A stretch of 64,000 nucleotides of DNA from a virus (IMGVR_UViG_3300021255_001366:59920-123919), one strand, 5' to 3'; positions 9,929-20,471 are shown, numbered from the stretch's first letter. Notes: generated by a model from the letters alone, not told the origin. A program made the numbers and translations.

Positions 9929-10411
9929 TTATTGTTCTGCGTTAAGCTTATCTATAATTTCATTTACGAGTTCTTCACTGATATGAAGAGACTCCTTAAA
10001 ATTGTAAAGCATCGAGGTAATGCTATATTCATTATCTCTAAAATCATCTAACACCATATCTAAAAGAGTGCTAAACTCAGAATACTCACCCTTAGGAATC
10101 GCATCCAAAATAGGAGAGAGCAACCCGTTTTCTTGAAGTAAGTCATAAGCATCAGTTGCCTTTGTTCCTTCAAATGCAATATCAATATCCGTATAAATAT
10201 CCACTAACCTCATGACAAACATAAGATAACGAGCTGGCGTGTTAATAGATATAAACTTTCTTCCATCAACAGTCTTGTGACAAGTTGCTTCAATAATCCT
10301 ATTGCACTCAGTAAGTTTCTCAATATACGGAACATACTGTTTTTTAATAACCTTCTTAAAATCGAACTTCTGGTTCGATTTAGTCTTTTTAATTAATTCT
10401 TCAATTGTCAT
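9929..10411 (-). CDS. Hypothetical phage protein
   Basis: 160-aa ORF tightly packed in the late operon. Confidence 0.6.
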   Translation of the reverse strand: MTIEELIKKTKSNQKFDFKKVIKKQYVPYIEKLTECNRIIEATCHKTVDGRKFISINTPARYLMFVMRLVDIYTDIDIAFEGTKATDAYDLLQENGLLSPILDAIPKGEYSEFSTLLDMVLDDFRDNEYSITSMLYNFKESLHISEELVNEIIDKLNAEQ

Positions 10412-10413
10412 CT

Positions 10414-10785
10414 TTAATCCTCCTCGATCACATCATACAAGTCTACAAGAATAGCGCTAGGGATGGAGTACTTCATAATTTCATTCGCCTTGATTTTTTG
10501 TAGATTAATGTCAACATCTGTCTGAGCCAATTCATTAATATCAGACGAAAATCTGCGTAATGCGACAACGTCATCTTTAGCAATCGTGTAATTTCCATCG
10601 TCATCTTTACTTCCATATTCTTGTATTTTTTCATTTCGCAAACTCTCAAAATTTTCAACGTGCGAACTACACTGTTTAAGTATTGTTAACATCTTAAATT
10701 TAATGCTTGCATCGAGTTGGATATCATTGCTATCCATTAATACGCGAATAGCATTATTGATAACTAATATATCCTTTAGTTTCAT
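10414..10785 (-). CDS. Hypothetical phage protein
   Basis: 123-aa ORF with RBS aaaggag. Confidence 0.6.
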   Translation of the reverse strand: MKLKDILVINNAIRVLMDSNDIQLDASIKFKMLTILKQCSSHVENFESLRNEKIQEYGSKDDDGNYTIAKDDVVALRRFSSDINELAQTDVDINLQKIKANEIMKYSIPSAILVDLYDVIEED

Positions 10786-11013
10786 ATGTCATTCTCCTTT
10801 TAATCGTAATCACTAAATTAGCGTAATACCATGAATTTAAAAAAGTAACCATCATTGGTTACTATTTCATGCGTATCATCTTCTGTATTATATTTCATAG
10901 ATTTTATCTGAGGATTGTTGTCAATATCTGTTATCTCCTCATATTCTTCTTTACTTAAAACATTGTTGCGTTCGTAAAGAAATTGTTTGATTTCGTGTGA
11001 ATACATACTGCAT

Positions 11014-11490
11014 TTATTCTCCTCCCTCGATCTGTATGGCAGCTTCGCCAATTAGAATCGCATCTGCAACATCGTCATTACACTCTATCTTATATTTATT
11101 TGTAACATATGATACGGAGAAATCTTTAAGCTCTTGCCGCTTAATACCTCTACCGTTAGGAAAACCATCTATATACTTTCGCCAAGATGTCGGCTTTATA
11201 GTTCTAAACTTCTGATTCTTCCGCAAACACCATGCATATGTAACACCTTGAATACGATTAAGTAATGTTTGTACTTTTGGATTGTTGCCACAGTAAGTAT
11301 CCTCAATATACACAACAGTAGGGCGACACTTATTTAGTAAATCCCAAATTGCATCACACATTTTTGCAAGTCTATCATCGGTGTCTGTATTATCAGAAAA
11401 ATCCAATAGAAGAGAAGTAGAATACTTTTTACCTATCCAAATTGACACGCCAGTCTTTTTACTCGAAGCATCTAAAGCAACAAGTGTCAT
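11014..11490 (-). CDS. RuvC-like Holliday junction resolvase
   Basis: LVALDASSKKTG, VVYIED, PTSWRK and DDVADAILIG acidic catalytic motifs. Confidence 0.8.
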   Translation of the reverse strand: MTLVALDASSKKTGVSIWIGKKYSTSLLLDFSDNTDTDDRLAKMCDAIWDLLNKCRPTVVYIEDTYCGNNPKVQTLLNRIQGVTYAWCLRKNQKFRTIKPTSWRKYIDGFPNGRGIKRQELKDFSVSYVTNKYKIECNDDVADAILIGEAAIQIEGGE

Positions 11491-11966
11491 AGGAAGTTGT
11501 TATCCTTTAAACACTTCTGATATTCTTCTTCAATAATCTTCGTTGTTAAGACTGTCTTGTCATTCGGAAACTCTGGATGTTCTTTACAATAAGCATTATA
11601 CCGTGTGATGTCGTCCATTACTTGACTGTACGAGTCCTGCGATTGAGTTGTCCCTCTCCGGATGTCATCTCCAAATCGAAGAATTCTAACTCTTGATTGT
11701 ATTGCCTGTCCTTCATCAACACGGTTTTCTAGCTTATCTATCTTGTCATTTGTTTCCTTTTGGTTTTCCTCTATCTTAGTTTCTATCTTTTCAATCTTGT
11801 CATTCAAATCTTTAATCCCAATAACTGAACGAAGTCCTTTTACTAGCCAGCTCCACGGATTAATCTTTATCTTGCTAATCTCAACGAGAGAGAGTAGAAC
11901 AAGAATTACAATTGCCGCAATCCCTTTATGAGCGACAACAATATCAAGTATTTCATTTAGTGTCAT
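11487..11966 (-). CDS. Holin-like membrane protein
   Basis: N-terminal TM segment (IAAIVILVLLSLVEI), KINPWSW motif, then coiled coil. Confidence 0.55.
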   Translation of the reverse strand: MTLNEILDIVVAHKGIAAIVILVLLSLVEISKIKINPWSWLVKGLRSVIGIKDLNDKIEKIETKIEENQKETNDKIDKLENRVDEGQAIQSRVRILRFGDDIRRGTTQSQDSYSQVMDDITRYNAYCKEHPEFPNDKTVLTTKIIEEEYQKCLKDNNFL

Positions 11967-11993
11967 TATTAGATACCAAGCCCTTTCTTAGTG

Positions 11994-12353
11994 TTAAGCC
12001 TTAGCATCTTCTCCAATGTACTTTTGAATCTGCTCGTTAGAAGAAAGCATCTTTTTAAATTTCTCTAATGCTTCATCTACATACTCGCAGAATTGTTCAA
12101 ACGGCAATGCCATTGCAATCATGGGAAACTTTGCTAAAGCTTTGTCATATACCCACCTGAGTTTCAACATACCAGTTCCGCTACCAAGTTCCTTCTCAGC
12201 TTCCGCAACTGCAAAGAGTAGCCACTCCTTAAACATTGCAATCTTCTCATCTGTAGGTTTCTCCGAAAACTTAACAATAGTTATAATCAATTCAGTTAAT
12301 ACAACAACGAGCAATACAATTAATGCCCAATTATCAGCAATCCATTTAATCAT
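11994..12353 (-). CDS. Holin-like membrane protein
   Basis: N-terminal TM segment and EWLLFAVAEAEKELGSGTGMLKL, a pattern typical of LL-H-like holins. Confidence 0.6.
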   Translation of the reverse strand: MIKWIADNWALIVLLVVVLTELIITIVKFSEKPTDEKIAMFKEWLLFAVAEAEKELGSGTGMLKLRWVYDKALAKFPMIAMALPFEQFCEYVDEALEKFKKMLSSNEQIQKYIGEDAKA

Positions 12354-12651
12354 GATCCGTTTCCTCACTTTCGTTATTCTGATTTTCTAAGTCATATACG
12401 GCGTTTAGATATGTAACACCACCTTCTCTATTCTCAAGAGCAGACTTGGCAGCATAGATGCCAAACCCAACGACCTCCGCAACAATTGCACCAATCAATG
12501 CATTAAGAGGAGAGAAGTCTGGAGTATATCCAGTTGATTTAGAAAATATTACATTCAGTGCAATCATTGCCATCGAAAAAAGTTCAATGATTACACAATT
12601 TATAAATAGAAATACAATAAGTTTCTTAGAGGTTGTTTGTTTTTTGTTCAT
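12346..12651 (-). CDS. Two-TM membrane protein in the lysis cluster
   Basis: Two hydrophobic segments and a YAAKSALEN motif. Confidence 0.55.
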   Translation of the reverse strand: MNKKQTTSKKLIVFLFINCVIIELFSMAMIALNVIFSKSTGYTPDFSPLNALIGAIVAEVVGFGIYAAKSALENREGGVTYLNAVYDLENQNNESEETDHD

Positions 12652-13683
12652 TTATAAATCCCCCAAAGATTTCTGTTCAACGTTTTTAATTCCGTTCTCG
12701 TCAAAATACTTACCAATATTTTCATCAGCAGATATATCTGTGTACAAATTCACCATGTCAGCAGACTCCCAGTTCACGATATCTTGAATAACATTTGTTG
12801 GGATATTATTCTTTGCTAACATAGTGGTAAAGTAATGTCTCATAGAGTGCCAGTAAAAATCCTTACCAAGAAATCTAGTAAAACTATCTTTCCATCCATC
12901 AAGAGTCTCAGCGGCTATTGGTTGCGTCGCGTCGTCTTTACTAGGAAACAACCATTCACTCTCAATACCATTGTCTTTTCTATACTTCATCCATAAGTCA
13001 AGATACGGTTGAAATTGTTTCTTAAGAACATATACTTGAATTCTCTTACCTTGCGATCCACGTCCTTTTGTCTGGATTTTCTCCGGCGTCTTCCATAAAG
13101 AACCAAACAATACATTCTCATCATTAAAATATGAAACCTTAAATCTAGGCAGTTCAGCCTTACGTCTACCAGAATACATTGCAAGTGCAAGACAACACGC
13201 TTGACGATACTTTTCTTTTTCTACAAGATAATCAAGCAACGCCTGTAGCTCGTCATCTTCAAACACAGTCTTTTCCCGCACCGCAACGTTTACAGGAGAC
13301 TCAATCTTTTTAATAACACTTCTATAACCTTCGTACTCTTCTTCTTCATCAAGAATGTTCTCAATATAATTCGAGAGAGAAGAAATAACAGACTTTACCC
13401 TACGAACACGCTTTGGACTCCATCCCCATTCATTAATTGCATGATTTTGAAATCTTGCAAATTCACGCTTCGTAATCTCCGTAAATCTCTTATTATCATT
13501 GTGTTCAAGGTTATACACAAAGAATATCTTTAAATCAGACTCATACTGACTAATTGTATTTGGTGATCTATCAATAGATTTCAAATAATCAAGAAAATCT
13601 TTTGTTAACTCCTTATTTTCAGGAAGAACCTTAGAAAGAGATTCTTCGCTTGTAATATTATTGTAAACAGTCGATCTTCCCAT
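12652..13683 (-). CDS. Tyrosine recombinase/integrase
   Basis: SAM-like N-terminal domain (RSPNTISQYESDL), SGRRKAEL (Arg), HSMRH and catalytic Tyr in MVNLY. Confidence 0.9.
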   Translation of the reverse strand: MGRSTVYNNITSEESLSKVLPENKELTKDFLDYLKSIDRSPNTISQYESDLKIFFVYNLEHNDNKRFTEITKREFARFQNHAINEWGWSPKRVRRVKSVISSLSNYIENILDEEEEYEGYRSVIKKIESPVNVAVREKTVFEDDELQALLDYLVEKEKYRQACCLALAMYSGRRKAELPRFKVSYFNDENVLFGSLWKTPEKIQTKGRGSQGKRIQVYVLKKQFQPYLDLWMKYRKDNGIESEWLFPSKDDATQPIAAETLDGWKDSFTRFLGKDFYWHSMRHYFTTMLAKNNIPTNVIQDIVNWESADMVNLYTDISADENIGKYFDENGIKNVEQKSLGDL

Positions 13684-13697
13684 ATGATTCCTCCTTT

Positions 13698-14822
13698 CTA
13701 CCTTAATAACATCAAAACATTCTCAATGACGTAACAAATGTAATCAATGTCTTTTTCTGTAATCGTTTCACCGATTGTAAATCGCACACACTCCATCGCT
13801 TGTTGCTCACTGAGTCCATATGCTAGAGCAACATGACTCGGTTCATCACTACCAGAGGAACATGCAGATCCTGTGCTTATACAGATATTATGTTCGCTAA
13901 GCAACCTCATAAGAGTATCGCCTCGAACCCCATCAAATCGTATATAGATATTATTGGGCAGCCTATGATTTCTATCACCAACTAAATTTCCACCCATACG
14001 TTCAAGTTTATCCAGCATATAATCTCTATGCGCTTTTAAAACTTGATTGTCCGGCTTGGACAAACAAGTTGCCTCGGCAAGACTTGCGACCAACGGTGTG
14101 GCATAAGTACCGCCGATTAATCCTTGCTCACCAAAAATAACTGGTATAAGTTTGATTCCATCACGAACAAATAAGAATCCACTACCTTTAATACCACCAA
14201 GCTTTTGTCCAGACATTGACATAAGGTCTATGCCAAGTTCTTGCACATCTATGTTGTAATACGGAAGATATTGGGTTGCATCCGTATGAAGATAACAATC
14301 TGGATATTTATGAATAATTTCAGAAATCTCTTTTATAGGTTGAATGACCCCTGACTCAGAATTAGCCATTTGAACAGATACAAGAGTTGAAAAATTCAAA
14401 GCACTCAGTCTCTTGAGTTGACTATCCAATTCGTCCAACTTTAAGATTCCATTACGATCTACATCGAGCATATAATTACCACGCACATTTCCATGCATAT
14501 AATCAGCCACCAACATAATGTCATCATGTTCAACGGCTGAACATAAAAAAGCATTCAATCCACCTCTGCGTAAAAAACCTTGAATTGCAACGCTGTTAGA
14601 CATTGTTGCCCCAGATGTGAAATATATTTCAGCAGGAGAGCAGTTGATAGCGTTTGCAATACGCTCCTTGGAATCGTAAACTATCTCCATGGATAAAACA
14701 CCCATTTGGTGGTTAGAAGATGGATTTGCGTAAAAATTTTTCGCTATTAAATTAAAAAACTCCAAAACTTCTTTCTTTACTGGAGTACTTGCAGCATAGT
14801 CTAAGTAATAACTTTTTCCCAT
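13698..14822 (-). CDS. iscS: Cysteine desulfurase, IscS/NifS family
   Basis: YLDYAASTP, ANPSS, FTSGAT, EH, HTDATQ, PLP lysine in SGQK and catalytic Cys in STGSACSSG. Confidence 0.9.
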   Translation of the reverse strand: MGKSYYLDYAASTPVKKEVLEFFNLIAKNFYANPSSNHQMGVLSMEIVYDSKERIANAINCSPAEIYFTSGATMSNSVAIQGFLRRGGLNAFLCSAVEHDDIMLVADYMHGNVRGNYMLDVDRNGILKLDELDSQLKRLSALNFSTLVSVQMANSESGVIQPIKEISEIIHKYPDCYLHTDATQYLPYYNIDVQELGIDLMSMSGQKLGGIKGSGFLFVRDGIKLIPVIFGEQGLIGGTYATPLVASLAEATCLSKPDNQVLKAHRDYMLDKLERMGGNLVGDRNHRLPNNIYIRFDGVRGDTLMRLLSEHNICISTGSACSSGSDEPSHVALAYGLSEQQAMECVRFTIGETITEKDIDYICYVIENVLMLLR

Positions 14823-14826
14823 GTCG

Positions 14827-15039
14827 TCACCGCCTATCTAACCACTCATGATAAGCGTCATATGTTTTATCCCGGTTAAATACAAAAACGACAATGTCAT
14901 CACCCGTACGATTATCTTTACTCGGGTATATATGTTTTGGCTCTATTCCTTTTGCTCCCCAATAGAATGCAGCTTGTTTTGGATTAACAATAGGAATATC
15001 TCTATCTAAATTAATTTTTATATTCTCATTCATAATCAC
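14827..15039 (-). CDS. Small hypothetical phage protein
   Basis: IVNPKQAAFY...VFVFNRDKT; RBS present. Confidence 0.55.
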   Translation of the reverse strand: MIMNENIKINLDRDIPIVNPKQAAFYWGAKGIEPKHIYPSKDNRTGDDIVVFVFNRDKTYDAYHEWLDRR

Positions 15040-15060
15040 TTGTTACTCCTTTTAATCTTA

Positions 15061-15095
15061 AAAAAAAGGAGGTTGCGAATCATGCACAACCTCCT
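15061..15095 (-). terminator. Intrinsic terminator
   Basis: aggaggttg/caacctcct stem with an A run. Confidence 0.7.
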
Positions 15096-15099
15096 CAAA

Positions 15100-15540
15100 T
15101 TAGTCTTCGTTAATACGATTTATTCTACGCTTACGAGGACGATATTCCCTTGTGGCAACGTCTTCCTCTGACTCGCGTATTAATTCTTCAACCGTAGGCT
15201 CCGGGATAAGTGCTTCCTCTGGTTTTGCATTTGCCTCCACCGCTGAAACAATCTCTGGTTTCTCTACAACAGTTGATTTCTTTCCAAATAATTCATTAAG
15301 CTTCGAAGCAATAGTAGGCTTGAACTTATTGAAATCTGTAATGCCAAATTTGTCGATTACCTTCTTGACATCTTCGGCTTTCTTAATGCCCATGTTGAAT
15401 CCGGATATGGCATTAAATACCTCTTTACACTCTTCGGTATCATACTCAGTCATCCAAGTAGGGTACTTTGCAAACTCACCACAAGTTGGGCAGTATTTAT
15501 ATGTATTAAGGCATGCAATACATTGTCTTTCTTTTGCCAT
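15100..15540 (-). CDS. Hypothetical protein with an N-terminal Zn ribbon, possibly a tail chaperone
   Basis: CIAC...YCPTC; lies directly after the major tail gene. Confidence 0.55.
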   Translation of the reverse strand: MAKERQCIACLNTYKYCPTCGEFAKYPTWMTEYDTEECKEVFNAISGFNMGIKKAEDVKKVIDKFGITDFNKFKPTIASKLNELFGKKSTVVEKPEIVSAVEANAKPEEALIPEPTVEELIRESEEDVATREYRPRKRRINRINED

Positions 15541-15604
15541 CCTTTTTCATCCTTTCAAATAATGGGACTCCATATGTAATTATGGAGTCCCTATGGTTTA
15601 CATT

Positions 15605-16432
15605 TTAGCTAAACTGCTTTGTGTCGTAATCGTCAGAATCCTCTGCAATAGCAATGTAATACAGAATCTGTCCCTTTCCGCAATAATCCTTGAGTGCCTG
15701 GGCGGAGAACGCCTGAGTGCTCTCGGTATCAAACGTAAGCTCTACGTCCGGAGACATCTGGAACTTAGGGAATACGATGTAAAGCGCACGTACAGTCTCG
15801 GTATCACAAAGGTCGGAAACGAGTACACGGAAAGTAGCCTTACACTCCTTCGGGAACTTATCACCAGTCTGATCAACTCTAGCAGCAATCTTATCTGCTG
15901 CTACGGTATACTCGTACTTAATCTGTACGGTATCAGTTGCGTTGGTGGGAAGCGCGATCTTGGTTACGCCAGCATCAACAGTTACTGCATAAGTATCCTC
16001 ACCAGCAGACTCGCCCTTTACATACACCTTAGCAACATCAACTACACCGTTCTCAGAAGTACCATATACCATCAGAGTACCATCAATCGGAGTATCCGGA
16101 AGAGATACGGGAGAATCAGTCTTTGCTACCTGATAGATACGAGGCATAGTTACCTCGGTACCAGTCTTCTTGTCAGAACCAGCCTGAATAGCTGCAAGGT
16201 TCATAGAGAATACTGCATTCTCGCCACTAATCTCTACGGACTTGGAGAGATAATATCTCTTCAGAAGCACACCCTGTGCGTCAGTCTTATCCTTGGTCTC
16301 AGAAGTTGTATTTACAGAAAAGTTAGAAATCTGATCAAGCACAGCGAGAAGCTTATTATCAGACTTGCTCTCGAACCAACCGTCAACTACACGGTCAATA
16401 ACGAGCTGGTCAAAATTTAATACATCTGCCAT
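15605..16432 (-). CDS. Major tail (tube) protein
   Basis: Strong high-expression codon bias, beta-rich 275 aa, position after the head-tail genes, followed by a hairpin at 15563-15591. Confidence 0.65.
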   Translation of the reverse strand: MADVLNFDQLVIDRVVDGWFESKSDNKLLAVLDQISNFSVNTTSETKDKTDAQGVLLKRYYLSKSVEISGENAVFSMNLAAIQAGSDKKTGTEVTMPRIYQVAKTDSPVSLPDTPIDGTLMVYGTSENGVVDVAKVYVKGESAGEDTYAVTVDAGVTKIALPTNATDTVQIKYEYTVAADKIAARVDQTGDKFPKECKATFRVLVSDLCDTETVRALYIVFPKFQMSPDVELTFDTESTQAFSAQALKDYCGKGQILYYIAIAEDSDDYDTKQFS

Positions 16433-16449
16433 TTTATTTCTCCTTTCGG

Positions 16450-17298
16450 TTATTTAACATTTACATCGCCACCATTAGGAGCGAATGATTGTTTAAGTGT
16501 TTTGCCACGCTGAGTTTTGTCAGCGTATTTTTCATCAGAATAAGTCCATTGAAAATTCTTGGACGGAATAGATTTAGTATCCATAAATCCAGACATAGAA
16601 CCTTGCAAAAGAGCAACCGCTTGTTTTTTTCCTTGTATTTGAACCAAAGACTTCATGAACTGATAAATGGTCAATTCATATGCAGATACATATGTATAAG
16701 GGAATTCCTCAGTATTGACCAAAGAAATGATTCCATTATGAAACATGGATTCGTACGGTTTGTCCTTATTCTTATCAGAACGTTTTCTGTCTTCCATGAT
16801 CAGTATCTTCGCAGTAGCTCTGTTTTTAGCCTTACGGCCGCTATGCGTGAAACCAATCATTTCTCTTACATACGGAATAACATCTTTATACATTTGCTCG
16901 TTAAAAATAAATTCGCTTGGCTGATAAGTAACATCGCCAAGCGTTAAAGGTTCTGTATTAGCAAGAACAATCTCTTGCACGTCTTCTTTTTTGTATACAC
17001 ACCTACTTAATGTTGAAAAATCTAAATCTCCAAATATAAGACTTGTATCATCTTTTGAAAATTGTTGAACAGTAGAATAGAAGTACGTCCAGTCATCTAT
17101 CTCCATGAAATCAATTCCCATATCAGCCAATGCCGCCGGGTGATCCCATGCGCATGAGCATATTCCATAGAACACGCTCATAAATCTAGACTCTCCAAAT
17201 TCTTCAATCTGCCCAATCGTAGGCTGATACAACGTCACCTTGTCACCAATTACAATAGGTCTTCCTCTAAGTAATTTAAGTTTATCTATTTCTGACAT
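16450..17298 (-). CDS. Hypothetical tail-region protein
   Basis: 282-aa ORF within the structural operon. Confidence 0.5.
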   Translation of the reverse strand: MSEIDKLKLLRGRPIVIGDKVTLYQPTIGQIEEFGESRFMSVFYGICSCAWDHPAALADMGIDFMEIDDWTYFYSTVQQFSKDDTSLIFGDLDFSTLSRCVYKKEDVQEIVLANTEPLTLGDVTYQPSEFIFNEQMYKDVIPYVREMIGFTHSGRKAKNRATAKILIMEDRKRSDKNKDKPYESMFHNGIISLVNTEEFPYTYVSAYELTIYQFMKSLVQIQGKKQAVALLQGSMSGFMDTKSIPSKNFQWTYSDEKYADKTQRGKTLKQSFAPNGGDVNVK

Positions 17299-17876
17299 TA
17301 ACGCCTCTGACCTCCCCTCCGTATATTGAAGGTTGTGCCATCAGCTCTTGTCATAGAGTTAGGCGAGATACGCTCAAATACAAGAGTTCTTGTTGCATAA
17401 TGATTATCAGTAACACTTGGCTTATCAGACAAAAGCTTTAGCTGAAGCCCGAACTTATTAGTTCCATTGAAAACATCAATTAAAAGAGCTGCGATTAAAT
17501 CATGCCTCGCAGCTCCAATTTCATCTACAACTAAGTCCTTATCATTACACAGTATATAGAAAACTATTTCCTCATATTTGATTGCAGGATTATATCCAGA
17601 AGAAGCCTCAAACATACACTCAAAGCACAAGAAGTGTTTAACCTCTGTTTGTGTCTCCGGTATGATAAAACTAGACCTGATGTTACCATCAGTTCCAAAG
17701 TATTCATCATTCTCCGCCTCAACTTCTTCTAACTCTTTATTATGAAGCAGATACATCAGAGTATCATTATCCAATAGTATCTGCTTAATCATTTCTTTTA
17801 ACCTAACAGTATCCTCATTAGGCTTTTTCTTTAGGTCTATAAGATACTGCTTTTGCTCGGGTGTTAATTCTCGCAT
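17298..17876 (-). CDS. Putative tail terminator/completion protein
   Basis: Position between head-closure and tail genes; RHDLIAALLIDVFN motif. Confidence 0.45.
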   Translation of the reverse strand: MRELTPEQKQYLIDLKKKPNEDTVRLKEMIKQILLDNDTLMYLLHNKELEEVEAENDEYFGTDGNIRSSFIIPETQTEVKHFLCFECMFEASSGYNPAIKYEEIVFYILCNDKDLVVDEIGAARHDLIAALLIDVFNGTNKFGLQLKLLSDKPSVTDNHYATRTLVFERISPNSMTRADGTTFNIRRGGQRR

Positions 17877-17886
17877 ATTGCACCTC

Positions 17887-19083
17887 CTATAGACTGATTA
17901 ATTCAAACTTGATTTCTGCAGTCGCATCCGACCTAGTGTTACGAACTGTAAGCACTTTGTGCAGATACGTTTCATCACCGTTAAACTTAATCTTAATAGT
18001 GTTTGGCGTTTCAGTTGCCAACACAGTTACCATTTCGCTAACATCTGTGTCGTCGATTAGGTACGACCATACGCCAGGTTCTTGGTCTTTAATTAACTCT
18101 CCGCTGTTATAATACTGAATTGTCACAGTTTTATAACCACCATTAATCTTGACTTGCGGTTTGGTGCCTGTATATGTCATCTCCGCATAATTACCATCTG
18201 TTTCGATAGGTAAGATTTCGGGGTCGTCAGGTTCTGTAATCGGTAGATTGCCATCGCCTTTAAGGTCTGCATAAACACCAACCCAATTTCCATCTTGGTC
18301 ATATTCGATTACATCAGTATTCGGATTATACAAATCTTGAACGCAAGTGTAGTGAATAACACCAAGAGGATTGATTCCTTCAACCTTTGATATTTTCCAC
18401 ATAATTGGTGTATCAAGTGGAGGAGTAATACCAAGTCGAAGATTGTAAAATATGGTTTTTGAAGTGTCGTTATATGGCAATATGAATTTACGTTGATTTT
18501 CTACGGACGACATCTTGTAATCGGTCCAGATTCCACTGTTGTAGGAATTCTGGCTTCGTCCAACGCCCCACATATGTTGTTTCTTGCCTTTATACACCCA
18601 CTTGAAATCGTAGTCGCAAAAGAGTACCGACCAATTCGGGAAGTCTCGATTATCAGTATTCGCACTAGCAACAACCAACCATCTTCTGTAAACACCATCT
18701 ACATCAGGTAAATCTACGAACATTCCCACTGGAAATTCAGCTCCACACTTCTTCGCAAACAACTTGTCATAATAAGATATATTACAATGATAGGAAGGTT
18801 GAAACATTATTCTGTAATCTACATTATCCTTATCTAAACTCTGATATGAGTTAATTAAGAATTTAACATCAACTGGAATTTTTGTTTTTGATTTCTCTGG
18901 ATGTAATCCAATGTTTTTATCTTGTTCATCATCATATTCCCAAGAATATAAATAACCAACACAACTAGCAGGATCATCATACCATGTTGCTTCAACTACA
19001 TTTTTTGACTCGACAGTATGGACTCTACCATTAGTGGTAACGCCATTCTGTCTAAGCCGCTGATAGTCACTAAAGTTAAGCAT
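17887..19083 (-). CDS. Putative head-closure/head-tail joining protein
   Basis: Position in the operon; aromatic, beta-rich sequence. Confidence 0.45.
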   Translation of the reverse strand: MLNFSDYQRLRQNGVTTNGRVHTVESKNVVEATWYDDPASCVGYLYSWEYDDEQDKNIGLHPEKSKTKIPVDVKFLINSYQSLDKDNVDYRIMFQPSYHCNISYYDKLFAKKCGAEFPVGMFVDLPDVDGVYRRWLVVASANTDNRDFPNWSVLFCDYDFKWVYKGKKQHMWGVGRSQNSYNSGIWTDYKMSSVENQRKFILPYNDTSKTIFYNLRLGITPPLDTPIMWKISKVEGINPLGVIHYTCVQDLYNPNTDVIEYDQDGNWVGVYADLKGDGNLPITEPDDPEILPIETDGNYAEMTYTGTKPQVKINGGYKTVTIQYYNSGELIKDQEPGVWSYLIDDTDVSEMVTVLATETPNTIKIKFNGDETYLHKVLTVRNTRSDATAEIKFELISL

Positions 19084-19432
19084 CAGCGTTCACCTCCTTG
19101 AGAGGATCGCAAATCTTTTCAACTTCAGCGCCAGCTTCGAGTATTAATTTACGATATGTTTTGAAATCAAATTTGTCTTTTATTATTTTTCTGGCTTCTT
19201 CTAAAAGGCTCAACACAACAACAAGCTCACGAGGTTCTCCGAGCAATTCATTCAAACCGCTCAGTTTTCTCATCACACTTTCATGAGCCGTATCCAAATC
19301 TATATCTGGGTATTTTTCTCTCGTTTCTAAATCCTCTGCAACTAGCATCAGGAAGAAAATTCTTTTGCGAATATACGACTTTGCCTCAGAGAACTGCATG
19401 TCTGCAAATTCTCCGTACTTATGCGCAACCAT
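19076..19432 (-). CDS. Hypothetical structural-operon protein
   Basis: Start and stop overlap those of its neighbours. Confidence 0.55.
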   Translation of the reverse strand: MVAHKYGEFADMQFSEAKSYIRKRIFFLMLVAEDLETREKYPDIDLDTAHESVMRKLSGLNELLGEPRELVVVLSLLEEARKIIKDKFDFKTYRKLILEAGAEVEKICDPLKEVNADA

Positions 19433-19893
19433 TAAACATTACCAAGATAAGAATTATATATATAACCCTTATCACGTAACATTCCACGAACTTTGTTTTC
19501 GGAATCAGTAAGCAATTCACGCATTTGCTGTATGTGTTGCTGCTGACTAAAGAATTTCGACTCCTTACTATTTGTAATCATTTGATGCAAGAGAGTAGTA
19601 GTATTCACCTGAGGTGTTAACCACTCACAAACCATCTGATATCCAAGTAATTCATCTACAAAGTTCTTGTCGTTGAAATCATTAACCGGAGCTTGAAGCG
19701 TATATTCTAATTCGGCAATTTCTTCATCTGCCGAAATTGATTCAAATATTCTATTCACATAAGGCTTGCTAAGTGACGCGAGAAGCCAACCGCGCATATA
19801 CTCATTAGCATCAGCCTCAGAATAGTTAAAGAACTCATAATCCTTAACCTTCATTAGAAAACGAGAATAGATATCGTTATAGGAAGAGGTCAT
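19432..19893 (-). CDS. Putative head-tail adaptor
   Basis: Helical 153 aa, N-terminus MTSSYNDIYSRFLMKVKDY, downstream of the capsid gene. Confidence 0.5.
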   Translation of the reverse strand: MTSSYNDIYSRFLMKVKDYEFFNYSEADANEYMRGWLLASLSKPYVNRIFESISADEEIAELEYTLQAPVNDFNDKNFVDELLGYQMVCEWLTPQVNTTTLLHQMITNSKESKFFSQQQHIQQMRELLTDSENKVRGMLRDKGYIYNSYLGNV

Positions 19894-19910
19894 TCTGCAC
19901 CTCCTTCTAA

Positions 19911-20471
19911 CTAATCTGACAGAAGTTCATTTAACAAACTTAAATCAGTACCAAATGCTTCATCAAGAGCCTTGATTTTGCGAACGCTATCAATCTCTCC
20001 AGAAACAATTTGATTAACAGCCATAGACTTAAGAGAATCTACCGCACCCTTCGGAAGTTTGCTAATAGCCTCCTTCATTTCGTACTCAGGAAGGTCAAGG
20101 ATTTCCTTGATATTCTTAGTACTAAAATGGTCAGAGTAAAACTTCTTCAAAGTCGGATATTCATCAATAAAATCTTCATCCATAATAATGAATCTCGGCT
20201 CGTAAACAGCCTTATCCTTTGATCTAACAAGAGCAACAAGATCACGATATTCAATCTCAGACTCATCATCGTAATCAGAAAACTGATACGGCATTCCAGT
20301 CTTAGTACCAGTGACATATAAAGCTCCATGCGTTACAGAACGACACAAAATACCATCGCTCGGATCGAACTCCTTCTTAGTAGGCTTAGTTGCCACCGAA
20401 GTTTTTTCAACAGTTTGTTTAACCTCTTCTGTTTTAACTTCTGTCTTAGCCATTGTTTTTCTAGCGGCCAT
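19911..20471 (-). CDS. Hypothetical protein downstream of the capsid gene
   Basis: 186-aa ORF with an RBS. Confidence 0.6.
   Translation of the reverse strand: MAARKTMAKTEVKTEEVKQTVEKTSVATKPTKKEFDPSDGILCRSVTHGALYVTGTKTGMPYQFSDYDDESEIEYRDLVALVRSKDKAVYEPRFIIMDEDFIDEYPTLKKFYSDHFSTKNIKEILDLPEYEMKEAISKLPKGAVDSLKSMAVNQIVSGEIDSVRKIKALDEAFGTDLSLLNELLSD

Noticed and set aside
11487-12651. Complete lysis cassette
   Set aside because: Only holin-like membrane genes are visible; no endolysin motif was recognised in this window.
15593-16420. 275-aa plus-strand ORF
   Set aside because: It is an antisense shadow of the codon-biased major tail gene, with no RBS or protein-like features.
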